This document shows, one piece after another, positions 1 through 9,465 of a stretch of 64,000 nt of DNA. Made by a program: the position numbers and the translations under genes. The stretch spans positions 13,516,001-13,580,000 of the forward strand of contig NC_092006.1 of NCBI RefSeq assembly GCF_044704955.1. Direction: 5' to 3'. The DNA is from Pristiophorus japonicus. Taxonomy: Eukaryota. Positions within the stretch are counted from its first letter, which is position 1; each line of letters begins with the position of its first letter. Under the pieces are notes generated by a model. The model was not told the origin of the DNA and made no database searches. It saw only the letters and a list, made by a program, of their open reading frames with translations.

Positions 1-251
1 GACGATTGCCGATTAGTTTGACATCTAACCCCGGGAGGTCCGACTGCCTCCTGGGCTGTTGGCAGGAGCCAACGATGGCGGGGAGCCTCCATACACACGG
101 GCCCTCCTCCTCGCCCTCCGTCCACTGGCACCGTGCAGCTCACTCCGCCGTTACCTGCAGGGTCGCCTTACGAGCGCCCCTTAAAACACAGATCCGAATT
201 TAAACGCAAGTCCAAGTTAACGCGACAAATGTCCGCGCTGGAGTCGTCGCT

Positions 252-287
252 TCACTCCACCATGCTCTCGTTCCCGTTCTCGTCCAT
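252..287 (-). CDS. TXNIP: TXNIP exon 8 coding part (MDENGNESMVE*)
   Basis: CCCACAG acceptor at 288-294, phase 0, 11 codons then TGA. Confidence 0.8.
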   Translation of the reverse strand: MDENGNESMVE

Positions 288-3233
288 CTGTGGGAAAACA
301 AGGGTGGGGAAAATTCATCAGATTCACGCCACAACAGGGAGTGTTTAAAAATCTGTGGTCACGAGCAGCGGTGCAATGCTCACCTCAGTGTAGACGGGCG
401 GCGGCGAGAAGTCAAAGAGCGAAGATTTCATGAAGATGGGACTCTCTGGTAACCCATCGTACTCATCAAGCAGGGGCGTGGTGGGGCACTCCATTCGGTG
501 GTTGTCAGGGGTAGAATCCGTGTAAAAAAGGGGACCTGAAAGATTTAAAAAAACGGCACGGGTGAGTCAAGCGACAGACAGGAGATGGGAAACCAGCTCA
601 ATCGGTTTGTGCAGCAAAGACATTGCCCAGCTCCTTACTTCGTGCTTCTTCTGGGAACTCCATGTGGGGCCAGCTCATGCTGGCACTGCTGGTGCTGCTG
701 GCGCTGCAGTTACTGGCCTGGCTGGACGAGCGGCTGTTCAAGCCGCTGTATGGAATGGTGCCGATAACCAGCGGGAGGTCCAGGATCAGCTTCTTGCTTC
801 CGGGAATGTGAACGTAGATCTACAGGAGGGGAAAACACCAGCCATTAGCTAACCGCGAGAGAAACGGCACACAGCTGCCAATAGTCTGGGATACGATGGA
901 ACATCACAGGTGGCCAATCTTTGAACGTGCGCTCCAATTTGTCTCACTCCTCCCCCTCGTCCCATAACCCCACACATTCTTTGCCCTTCCAGTATTTATC
1001 CAATTCCCCCATTTGAACGTCACTATTGAATCTGCCCCCACCGCCCTTTCAGGCAGCGCGCTCCCGATCACAACTCACTGCGTAAAAACATTCTCCTAGT
1101 CTCCCCCTCTGGTTCTATAGCCGATTATCGTCAACCTGTGTCCCTCTGGTTGCCGACAACCCCCCGCCCCCTCCCCCTCCCAAACCCTTACTGACCATCA
1201 AAACCCTTCATGGTTTTGAACACTGATTAAATCTCAAAATCAGAGAATGGTTAGAGCACGGAAGGCGGCCAGTTCCCTTAAGTGATCCCGGGACCGTCTC
1301 TGCTCATCAAGCAGCGGAAGCTCGGACTCTCCAGAGTGCGAAGCAATGTTGTATGGGACATTGCAAGCACCCATCATTTCTCCCCCCACCCCCCACATTG
1401 CCCCCGCACCACTAAACCACACTCACCAGAAGCGAGTACTCCAGCCGGATGATGTTGCAGCTGATGGACGGTTTCACCGTGGGCACCTGCAGACTCTTGC
1501 CACACCAGGACTCTGACATTCCTGAGATGATGTGGTTGCCCCGCACGCTGTTGAGCTTCTCCTTGAAGACCTTGGTGTTGCCGTTGACCAAGTAAGTCTG
1601 TTTTGCCAAGATAGCTGCCTTGGGCACCACGATGCGTGAGCAGTTGTTCTGAAACTGGGCGTTGATGGAGATATTGTCACCTGTGAGGTGGGGGGGGGGG
1701 GGAGAAAAGAGAAAGCAAGTGTCCCCATTAAGACTCGCTGAACCTCCACAAGCAGACAAGCCTGGCACTTCTGAGGTCAGGATAGGACAAGATAATTACC
1801 TTGACAGTAGCCCTTGCGGTCAATCTTGGCAGCGATGCACACGTAGCCATCAGACAGGAAGAAACAAGTGACGTTCTTCTTATTGGATCCACCGACTGGA
1901 CACTGAAAAAAAAATACACGAGGTTTTAATGTGCCATCTTCGCAAGATTCCAAGTCCGCCACAACGCTACCTACGCTTTCCAACTTCCAGTTGTGTGCCA
2001 GCACCAAACTCTACCCCAGCCCCTACACAGTCCAGTAATCACCAGTGCCCCCCCCACTGCGCTTCAGCCCAACACCCTCACCCCGCAGTAATGCCGGTCG
2101 CTCACCAGTAAGGTCGGTGTGTTCACATCGATGGGCTCGACCACATCGAAGTCTTTGCTGGTCTCCAGGGGTGGGAGATTGTCCCGGTCCACGTAGGCTG
2201 TGATGAGGTAGCACACCCCACCGTACTTCCCCTTGAACGACGGGGGCAGAGGCCTGTGCAGGGAAGAAAAACACTGGTTTAGAAGCTGCTCGGATGGGGA
2301 GGGGTAAACAGTGTCAAAGCAAAACTCGTGATTATCACATGCCGAGGACAACACGGAGAAAAAAAAAGAGCTGCTCACCCTTCTGGCACCTGGAAGCTGA
2401 AACTGTATTCGTACGTCTTGCCAGGCTGCAGAAGCACTGTCCCGTCCACATCTGCAAAGGTTAAGAGGAAGCGATCAGCATCTGTAGCGCATTGACCACA
2501 ACTCCAACAGCTGCCCCCCCTCCCTCCTCCACTGGTCCGTCGTCCCAGAGGCGGACGCTAAACTGACCCCCTTTAACCAGATACTGAACGTGAGCCTCTT
2601 TACAGGGCAAAGAGCTCTAAATCCTTCCCCCAGAACAATGACCAGTCAACATCTGTCATTATCATCAAACAGTGGGGCCCCTTTAACAGAGGCCAGGGGG
2701 GGGGGGGGGGGGGCACACTCTCCCTCTTGTCCCCTCCCTCCCTCCCCTCTCTCCCTCAATCCCCTCTTGTCCCCTCCCTCACTCATTCCCCTCTCTTGTC
2801 ACCTCCCTCCCCTCACTCAATCCTCTCTTGTCGCCTCCCTCACTCAATCCCTCCCCTCACTCAATCCCCTCCCTCCCCTCACTCAATCCCCTCCCTCCCT
2901 CAATCCCCTCTCTTGTCCCCTCCCTCCCTCAATCCCCTCTCTTGTCCCCTCCCTCCCTCAATCCCCTCTCTTACCTGCGGGCGGCGCCTCTCCGTCGGCC
3001 TGCAGCGTGTCCTGGTGCCGCAGATATTCCTGTTGCTGGCGCAGCGGCTGCGAGCCCTTGGCCAGCTGGGCGCGCGCGTAGCCCAGGGCGAGGATGCGCA
3101 CGGCGCGCACCCGCAGCGGCTGCGCGGCCCCGAGGCGCAGGCGGCCCGCCACCTTGTCGCCGGCCGTGTAGCTGCGCTCGGAGCCGCTGAGCAGCAGCTC
3201 GAAGGTGGCCAGCGGCTTCTTGCTCACTCCCAT
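252..3233 (-). CDS. TXNIP: Thioredoxin-interacting protein (alpha-arrestin), 8 coding exons: join(3233-2975, 2451-2379, 2253-2106, 1902-1800, 1680-1427, 819-639, 535-384, 287-252); 1206 nt, 401 aa
   Basis: Manual splicing gives GT-AG at every intron and an open frame to TGA at 252-254. Peptides MGVSKKPLATFELLLSGSERSYTAGDKVAGR, SFKGKYG, CSRIVVPKAAI, SVRGNHIISG, PGSKKLILDLPLVIG, PTTPLLD and PPPVYTE match TXNIP. Exon sizes 73/148/103/152/36 match my recollection of vertebrate TXNIP. Confidence 0.93.
384..535 (-). CDS. TXNIP: TXNIP exon 7 (152 nt)
   Basis: SPLFYTDSTPDNHRMECPTTPLLDEYDGLPESPIFMKSSLFDFSPPPVYTE; CAG/GTGAG boundaries. Confidence 0.92.
639..819 (-). CDS. TXNIP: TXNIP exon 6 (181 nt)
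   Basis: IYVHIPGSKKLILDLPLVIGTIPYSGLNSRSSSQASNCSASSTSSASMSWPHMEFPEEAR; TAG acceptor, GTAAG donor. Confidence 0.9.
960..1240 (-). mobile_element. Decayed CR1 LINE 3' fragment in TXNIP intron 5
   Basis: tatccaattcccc...ttgaatctgcccccaccgccctttcaggcag...cactgcgtaaaaacattctcct resembles the CR1 3' ends seen elsewhere in the window; judged by eye. Confidence 0.5.
1427..1680 (-). CDS. TXNIP: TXNIP exon 5 (254 nt)
   Basis: GDNISINAQFQNNCSRIVVPKAAILAKQTYLVNGNTKVFKEKLNSVRGNHIISGMSESWCGKSLQVPTVKPSISCNIIRLEYSLL; GTGAG donor. Confidence 0.93.
1800..1902 (-). CDS. TXNIP: TXNIP exon 4 (103 nt)
   Basis: Poly-T CAG acceptor; CPVGGSNKKNVTCFFLSDGYVCIAAKIDRKGYCQ; GTAAT donor. Confidence 0.92.
2106..2253 (-). 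CDS. TXNIP: TXNIP exon 3 (148 nt)
   Basis: PLPPSFKGKYGGVCYLITAYVDRDNLPPLETSKDFDVVEPIDVNTPTLL; CAG/GTGAG boundaries. Confidence 0.92.
2379..2451 (-). CDS. TXNIP: TXNIP exon 2 (73 nt)
   Basis: TTTGCAG acceptor, DVDGTVLLQPGKTYEYSFSFQVPEG, GTGAG donor. Confidence 0.9.
2718..2970. repeat. CT-rich low-complexity tandem repeat in TXNIP intron 1
   Basis: Repeated ctcttgtcccctccctccctcaatcccct / cactcaatcc units. Confidence 0.85.
2975..3233 (-). CDS. TXNIP: TXNIP coding exon 1 (259 nt)
   Basis: ATG at 3233-3231; encodes VRAVRILALGYARAQLAKGSQPLRQQQEYLRHQDTL; donor G|GTAAG at 2975/2974. Confidence 0.92.
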
Positions 3234-3369
3234 GTCGGCGTCCAGCGTGCGGCCTGTCGTTGCCTGGTCACTCGCTGCTTTTTATTTCTGTCGTCCCTTC
3301 ACTCGCGCTTCTCCCCCCCGGCCCTTCCGTCTCTCGCTCGTTGTGCTGTGGAGCGGCGGCCGGCGCCTC

Positions 3370-3377
3370 TATTTATA
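3370..3377 (-). promoter_or_regulatory. TATA box of TXNIP (TATAAATA)
   Basis: tatttata on + strand, about 137 bp upstream of the ATG, inside CpG-rich DNA. Confidence 0.85.
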
Positions 3378-3416
3378 GGCTCGGCCTCGACCCCGCCCCC
3401 ACCTCTCCGCGTTCCT

Positions 3417-3618
3417 CCAATCACCGCCCCTCGTGGCCCGCCGCCTGCGCCCCGCGTGGCCTGCGCTCCCATTGGCCGCCATCCCGTGTTTACCAGCGTA
3501 CTGGCCAATCGGCGGGCCGCTCTGGCCTCGTGCACAGCGGCTGATGGCCGCGCTGCGGCACGGGGACAGTGGCTGCGCCCCTCCGCGCGCTGGCTGACTG
3601 ACGGGCGCGGCGGCCAAT
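3417..3618 (-). promoter_or_regulatory. TXNIP proximal promoter: ChoRE-like pairs (3442-3458, 3527-3543), CCAAT boxes (3417-3421, 3471-3475, 3505-3509, 3614-3618), FOXO site GTAAACA (3487-3493)
   Basis: Minus strand reads CAGCCG-n5-CACGAG...GATTGG...GTAAACA...CCAAT...CACGCG-n5-CAGGCG...CACGAG...TATAAATA. Confidence 0.75.
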
Positions 3619-3689
3619 CGAAACAGGGGACCAGCCGCGCGTGGTCGGGTGGTGACATCACAGGGCTGCTCGTCACCAGCTGCTAGCTG

Positions 3690-3731
3690 GGGGAGGGAGG
3701 GTGAGGGGAGATAGAGAGAGAGTGAGGGGGG

Positions 3732-3767
<36 letters not shown>

Positions 3768-3936
3768 TGAGTGAGGGGGGAGATAGAGATAGAGAGAGAG
3801 AGAGAGTGAGTGAGTGAGTGAGGGTGGGGGGAGATAGAGAGAGTGTGAGGGGGAAAAGAGAGAGAGAGAGTAAGGGGGAAGAGAGAGAGAGAGAGAGAGT
3901 GTGAGGGGGGAGAGAGAGAGAGAGAGAGAGTGAGGG

Positions 3937-3970
<34 letters not shown>

Positions 3971-4685
3971 GAAGAGAGGGAGAGAGAGAGTGTGAGGGGG
4001 AAGAGAGGGAGAGAGAGAGTGTGAGGGGGAAGAGAGGGAGAGAGAGAGTGAGGGAGAAGAGAGAGAGAGAGAGAGAGTGTGAGGGGAGGGGAGATAGAGA
4101 GAGTGAGGGGGAAGAGAGAGAGAGAGAGTGAGGGGGAAGAGAGAGTGAGGGGGAAGAGAGAGTGAGCGTGAGGGGGAAGAGAGAGAGAGTGAGGGGGAAG
4201 AGATAGAGAGAGAGAGAGAGTGAGGGTGAAGAGAGAGAGTGAGGGTGAAGAGAGAGGAAGAGAGAGTGAGGGGGGGATAGAGAGAGTGAGGGGGGATAGA
4301 GAGAGTGAGGGGGGGGGGATAGAGAGAGTGAGGGGGAAGAGAGAGAGAGTGTGAGGGAAGATAGAGAGAGTGTGAGGGGAGATAGAGAGAGAGTGAGGGG
4401 GAAGAGAGAGAGAGAGAGGGGGAAGAGAGAAGAGAGAGAGAGTGTGAGGGGAGATAGAGAGAGTGAGGGGGAAGAGAGAGAGAGAGTGAGGGGGAAGAGA
4501 GAGAGAGAGTGAGGGGGAAGAGAGAGAGAGAGAGTGAGGGGGAAGAGAGAGAAGAGAGAGAGATAGAGTGTGAGGGGGGATAGAGAGTGTGGGGAGATGA
4601 GAGTGTGAGGGGGGAGATAGAGAGTGTGAGGGGGGAGATAGAGAGTGTGAGGGGGGAGATAGAGAGTGTGAGGGGGGAGAGAGAG
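3690..4685. repeat. (GA)n/GAGT-rich compound microsatellite
   Basis: Almost pure purine gagagagagtgagggggaa repeats. Confidence 0.95.
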
Positions 4686-4885
4686 NNNNNNNNNNNNNNN
4701 NNNNNNNNNNNNNNNNNNNNNNNNNNNNNNNNNNNNNNNNNNNNNNNNNNNNNNNNNNNNNNNNNNNNNNNNNNNNNNNNNNNNNNNNNNNNNNNNNNNN
4801 NNNNNNNNNNNNNNNNNNNNNNNNNNNNNNNNNNNNNNNNNNNNNNNNNNNNNNNNNNNNNNNNNNNNNNNNNNNNNNNNNNNNN
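4686..4885. other. Assembly gap (200 N)
   Basis: Run of n. Confidence 0.99.
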
Positions 4886-5541
4886 AGAGAGGGAGGTGAG
4901 GGAGAGCTGGGGGCAGTCAGCGAGAGTGGAGTGATGGAGAGAGGGGGAGGTGAGGGAGAGCTGCGGGCAGTCAGCGAGAGTGGAGGGATGGAGAGAGAGG
5001 GAGGTGAGGGAGAGCTGGGGGCAGTCAGCGAGAGTGGAGGGATGGAGAGAGGGGGAGGTGAGGGAGAGCTGGGGGCAGTCAGCGAGGGGGGAGGGATGGA
5101 GAGAGAGGGAGGTGAGGGAGAGCTGGGGGCAGTCAGCCAGAGTGGAAGGATGGAGAGAGGGAGATGAGGGAGAGCTGGGGGCAGTCAGCCAGAGTGGAGG
5201 GATGGAGAGAGGGAGGTGAGGGAGAGCTGGGGGCAGTAAGCGAGAGTGGAGGGATACAGAGAGAGGGAGGTGAGGGAGAGCTGGGGGCAGTCAGCGAGGG
5301 GGGAGGGATGGAGAGAGAGGGAGGTGAGGGAGAGCTGGGGGCAGTCAGCGAGGGGGGAGGGATGGAGAGAGAGGGAGGTGAGGGAGAGCTGGGGGCAGTC
5401 AGCGAGGGGGGAGGGATGGAGAGAGAGGGAGGTGAGGGAGAGCTGGGGGCAGTCAGCGAGGGGGGAGGGATGGAGAGAGGGGGAGGTGAGGGAGAGCTGG
5501 GGGCAGTCAGCGAGGGGGGAGGGATGGAGAGAGAGGGAGGT
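4886..5541. repeat. 54-bp purine-rich minisatellite
   Basis: Unit ggagctgggggcagtcagcgaggggggagggatggagagagagggaggtgaggg; 18-aa periodicity (MEREGGEGELGAVSEGGG) in the ORF track. Confidence 0.9.
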
Positions 5542-5700
5542 GAACTTGTGAAACCTGACATGTTCCCCACGATGTTGCCGAGGGGCAGCCTGGAGATGAG
5601 GAGCAGGAGGGAGCCAGGGCTCGATCCTTGTGGGGCAGCAGAGGTAACGGTGCAGGGGCGGGAGAGAGGGCATTCTCTGGCTACGACTGGATTGATAAAG
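5542..5700 (-). mobile_element. Decayed L2-clade LINE reverse transcriptase fragment
   Basis: TVTSAAPQGSSPGSLLLLISRLPLGNIV resembles the RT motif [27 protein letters not shown]. Confidence 0.6.
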
Positions 5701-5811
5701 TTTGGGACCAGGAGAGGGACCTCCCCCAGCACTGGAACCAAAGTACCCGACCTCTTGTCCCCAAATCTTGTCTTTGAAAATAAATTGGGTGGGTGAGGCA
5801 CCCAAGGGCCC

Positions 5812-5935
5812 AACCCCACCCACAGACCCACACCCCCACGCACAGACCCACACCCCCACGCACAGACCCACACCCCCACGCACAGACCCACACCCCCACG
5901 CACAGACCCAGACCCCCACCCACAGACCCCCACCC
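5812..5935. repeat. 20-bp tandem repeat (cacagacccacacccccacg)
   Basis: About 5-6 near-perfect copies. Confidence 0.9.
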
Positions 5936-6244
5936 TCCTGACCCCACAGAGCAGTGCCTCCCCCCCCAAACACTGCAGAGTCTGGGAATGCACCAGCGAC
6001 ACAGAGGGAGTTCGAATCCCATGAGGGCAAGGAGTGATTCGTGACGATCTCAGCGGCTGGCGTGGGAAGATGTCCCTGAAGCTGCTGATTGTAAACTCCT
6101 GGAATGTCCTGCCCCCGGCCCAGTGTGGCCTCTACGTGACTCCGCACCACTTTGAGTCGAGACTGACCGCCCCCAGGATAACTCGGTCTGGGTAAATTCC
6201 AGCCTTGCCACGACAAACAAATTGAACCCCGAGGTATGGAAGAC

Positions 6245-6545
6245 AGACTTGTATTTCTACAGCGCCTTTCATGACCACCAGATGTCCCAAAGCACTTTGC
6301 AGCCAATGACGTCCTTCAAGTGTGGTCGCTGTTGTAATGTGGGAAACGCGGCAGCTCAATGTGCGCACAGCAAGCTCCCACACACAGCCACGTGATAATG
6401 AGCAGAGAATCTGTTTTAGCGATGTTGATTGAGTGGTGAATATTGGCCCCAGGACACCGGAGAGAACTCCCCTCCCCTTCCAATAGTGGCCCCGGGATCT
6501 TTTATGTCCATCTGAGCAGTTTAATGTCTCATCCTGAGTACTGTC
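6245..6545 (-). mobile_element. Deu-domain-type SINE fragment (SacSINE1/AmnSINE-like), 3' part
   Basis: cacagcaagctcccac...atctgttttag.gatgttg...attggccccaggacaccgg.gagaactcccc matches the SINE at 13896; family assignment is from memory. Confidence 0.65.
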
Positions 6546-7497
6546 CCTCCGACAGTGCGGGGCTCCCATAGTACTGCCCCTCCGACAATGCACTGCTCCC
6601 TCAGTACTGCCCCTCCGACAGTGCGGCGCTCCCTCAGTACTGTCCCTCCGACAGTGCGCCGCTCCCTCAGTACTGCCCCTCCGACAGTGCGGCGCTCCCT
6701 CAGTACTGCCCCTCCGACAGTGCGGCGCTCCCTCAGTACTGCCGCTCCGACAGTGCGGCGCTCCCTCAGTACTGCCCCTCCGACAGTGCGGCGCTCCCTC
6801 AGTACTGCCCCTCCGACAGTGCGGCGCTCCCTCAGTACTGCCCCTCCGACAGTGCGGCACTCCCTCAGTACTGCCGCTCCGACAGTGCGGCGCTCCCTCA
6901 TTACTGTCCCTCCGATAGTGCGGCGCTCCCTCAGTACTGCCCCTCCGACAGTGCAGCACTCCCTCAGTACTGCCCCTCCGACAGTGCGGCACTCCCTCAG
7001 CACTGCCGCTCCGACAGTGCGGCGCTCCCTCATTACTGTCCCTCCGATAGTGCGGCGCTCCCTCAGTACTGCCCCTCCGACAGTGTGGCGCTCCCTCAGT
7101 ACTGCCCCTTTGAAAGTGGGGTGCTCCCTCAGTACCGCCCCTCCGACAGTGCGGCACTCCCTCAGTACCGCCCCTCCGACAGTGCGGCACTCCCTCAGTA
7201 CTGCCCCTCCGACAGTGCGGTGCTCCCTCAGTACCGCCCCTCCGACAGTGCGGTGCTCCCTCAGTACCGCCCCTCCGACAGTGCGGTGCTCCCTCAGTAC
7301 CGCCCCTCCGACAGTGCGGCGCTCCCTCAGTACCGTCCCTCCGACAGTGCGGCGCTCCCTCAGTACTGTCCCTCCGACAGTGCGCTGCTCCCTCACTACT
7401 GCCCCTCCGACAGTACAGCACTCCCTCAGTACTGCCCCTCCGACAGTGCGGTGCTCCCTCAGTACTGCCCCTCCGACAGTGCGGCGGTCCCTCAGTA
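6540..7497. repeat. 33-bp minisatellite (ccctccgacagtgcggcgctccctcagtactgc), about 29 copies
   Basis: 11-aa periodic ORFs (TAPPTVRRSLS). Confidence 0.95.
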
Positions 7498-8405
7498 CCC
7501 CATTCCTGCTTTCTCGCCATACTCCTTGATTCCCCCTAGTAGTAAGGACCACATCTAACTCCTTTTTGAATATATTTAGTGAATTGGCCTCAACAACTTT
7601 CTGTGGTAGAGAATTCCACAGGTTCCCCACTCTCTGGGTGAAGAAATTCCTCCTCATCTCGGTCCTAAATGGCTTACCCCTTATCCTTAGACTGTGTCCC
7701 CTGGTTCTGGACTTCCCCAAGATCGGGAACATTCTTCCTGCATCTAACCTGTCTAAACCCGTCAGAATTTTAAACGTTTCTATGAGGTCCCCTCTCATTC
7801 TTCTGAACTCCAGTGAATACAAGCCCAGTTGATCCAGTCTTTCTTGATAGGTCAGTCCCGCAATCCCGGGAATCAGTCTGGTGAACCTTCGCTGCACTGC
7901 CTCAATAGCAAGAATGTCCTTCCTCAGGTTAGGAGACCAAAACTGTACACAATACTCCAGGTGAGGCCTCACCAAGGCCCTGTACAACTGTAGCAACACC
8001 TCCCTGCCCCTGTACTCAAATCTCCTCGCTATGAAGGCCAACATGCCATTTGCTTTCTTAACCGCCTGCTGTACCTGCATGCCAACCTTCAATAACTGAT
8101 GTACCATGACACCCAGGTCTCGTTGCACCTCCCCTTTTCCTAATCTGTCACCATTCAGATAATAGTCTGTCTCTCTGTTTTTACCACCAAAGTGGATAAC
8201 CTCACATTTATCCACATTATACTTCATCTGCCATGCATTTGCCCACTCACCTAACCTATCCAAGTCGCTCTGCAGCCTCATAGCATCCTCCTCGCAGCTC
8301 ACACTGCCACCCAACTTAGTGTCATCTGCAAATTTGGAGATACTACATTTAATCCCCTCGTCTAAATCATTAATGTACAGTGTAAACAGCTGGGGCCCCA
8401 GCACA
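7490..8405 (-). mobile_element. CR1 LINE, 5'-truncated, ORF2 RT C-terminal part; 3' tail missing
   Basis: SVLGPQLFTLYINDLDEG..KFADDTKLGG..WQMKYNVDKC..RPHLEYCVQFWSP..RTRGHSLRI; near-identical to 62478-63392. Confidence 0.95.
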
Positions 8406-8638
8406 GAATCGAGCGTTGCCATGCCGTTGCTAAGGACGGCGACACTTTACGGCAGAACGTCAAAAAAATGTTAACGCTAACACCCATTTGATATCGCTTG
8501 CGGTAACGCCCATTTTCAAAAATGTAAACTCGGTGTTTTGAGAATGGTCGGGAAGCTGGCGATCTGAAAACCCTCTCGCCCATGCCGGAAATAACGCCCA
8601 TTTTTGCGCGCCAAGCTCAAAAGTGGAGCTTCTAGCCT
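8406..8638 (+). mobile_element. Orphan right end of the Harbinger transposon (TIR 8619-8638)
   Basis: Reverse complement of aaaagtggagcttctagcct is AGGCTAGAAGCTCCACTTTT, matching the left TIR GGGCGAGAACCTCCACTTTT at 19284; has subterminal aacgcccatttt repeats. Confidence 0.75.
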
Positions 8639-8677
8639 AAGGTCTCAGCTCCTCCCTGATTCTCTCAGCCATGGAGA

Positions 8678-8968
8678 GGCCTGTGATTCAGGCTCTCACC
8701 CACGGGGCCTGTGGTTCAGGCTCTCGCCCACGGGGCCTGTGGTTCAGGCTCTCGCCCACGGGGCCTGTGATTCAGGCTCCCGACCCGTGGGGCCTGTGAT
8801 TCAGGGGCCTGTGGTGCAGGCTCTCGCCTGTGGGGCCTGTGATTCAGGATCTCGCCCAAGCGGCCTGTGGTTCAGGCTCTCGCCCACGGTGCCTGTGGTT
8901 CAGGCTCTTGTCCACAGGGCCTGTGGTTCAGGCTCTTGCCCACGGGGCCTGTGATTCAGGCTCTCGCC
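8678..8968. repeat. 28-bp minisatellite (ggggcctgtggttcaggctctcgcccac)
   Basis: About 10 copies; the same array recurs at 63665-64000. Confidence 0.9.
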
Positions 8969-9327
8969 AACAGGGCCCTCAGGGGGAGAGGGCCTCACAA
9001 GGCATGTGTTGGAAGTCTGGCTGATCAGATGGAAGTCACCAAATCCAGCCCAGCCGTGGCGGTAAACGGGGAGTTCCGCCTCGGCGCGGCAGAGAAAGCC
9101 TTTGGTGCAGAACGGCCTCTATCACCCACTGGGGTGGGAGGGACAGTGAAAGACGTTGGGTGGGGGTGAGATCTATTTGGGGCTAAGGGCCATGCCCTGT
9201 GAAGCTTCTGTTGCAGACAGGGAGGTGATTGAGTCAATCGAACAGTCCCACAAGGCCGCTGGGCCAGACGTGAGACAAGGCGAGGCTCATTGGTGAGGGG
9301 CATGGACAGCAGTGCTGGGTATGGGCA

Positions 9328-9465
9328 GCCCCTCCGCCTCAGCTCATCCGTTGCTCAAACCCTCACTCATGTCGTTCTTAACTCCAACTCCGACTATTCC
9401 AACGCACTCCTGGCCGGCCTCCACACTTCGTCCCTCTGCAAACCTGAGCTCAGCCAAAACTCGAC
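9328..9465 (+). mobile_element. L2 LINE ORF2 C-terminal fragment
   Basis: LSSSVAQTLTHVVLNSNSDYSNALLAGLHTSSLCKPELSQNS resembles the L2 motif ETLIHAFVTSRLDYCNSLLAGLP...LQLIQN. Confidence 0.7.

Noticed and set aside
2590-3686. + strand ORFs over TXNIP exon 1 and promoter
   Set aside because: Low-complexity and GC-rich artefacts overlapping the real minus-strand gene.
6132-8422. Long ORFs (462, 633, 324 aa), including an apparent RT-repeat fusion protein
   Set aside because: Stop-free 33-bp repeat read through from a truncated, frameshifted CR1; not a gene.
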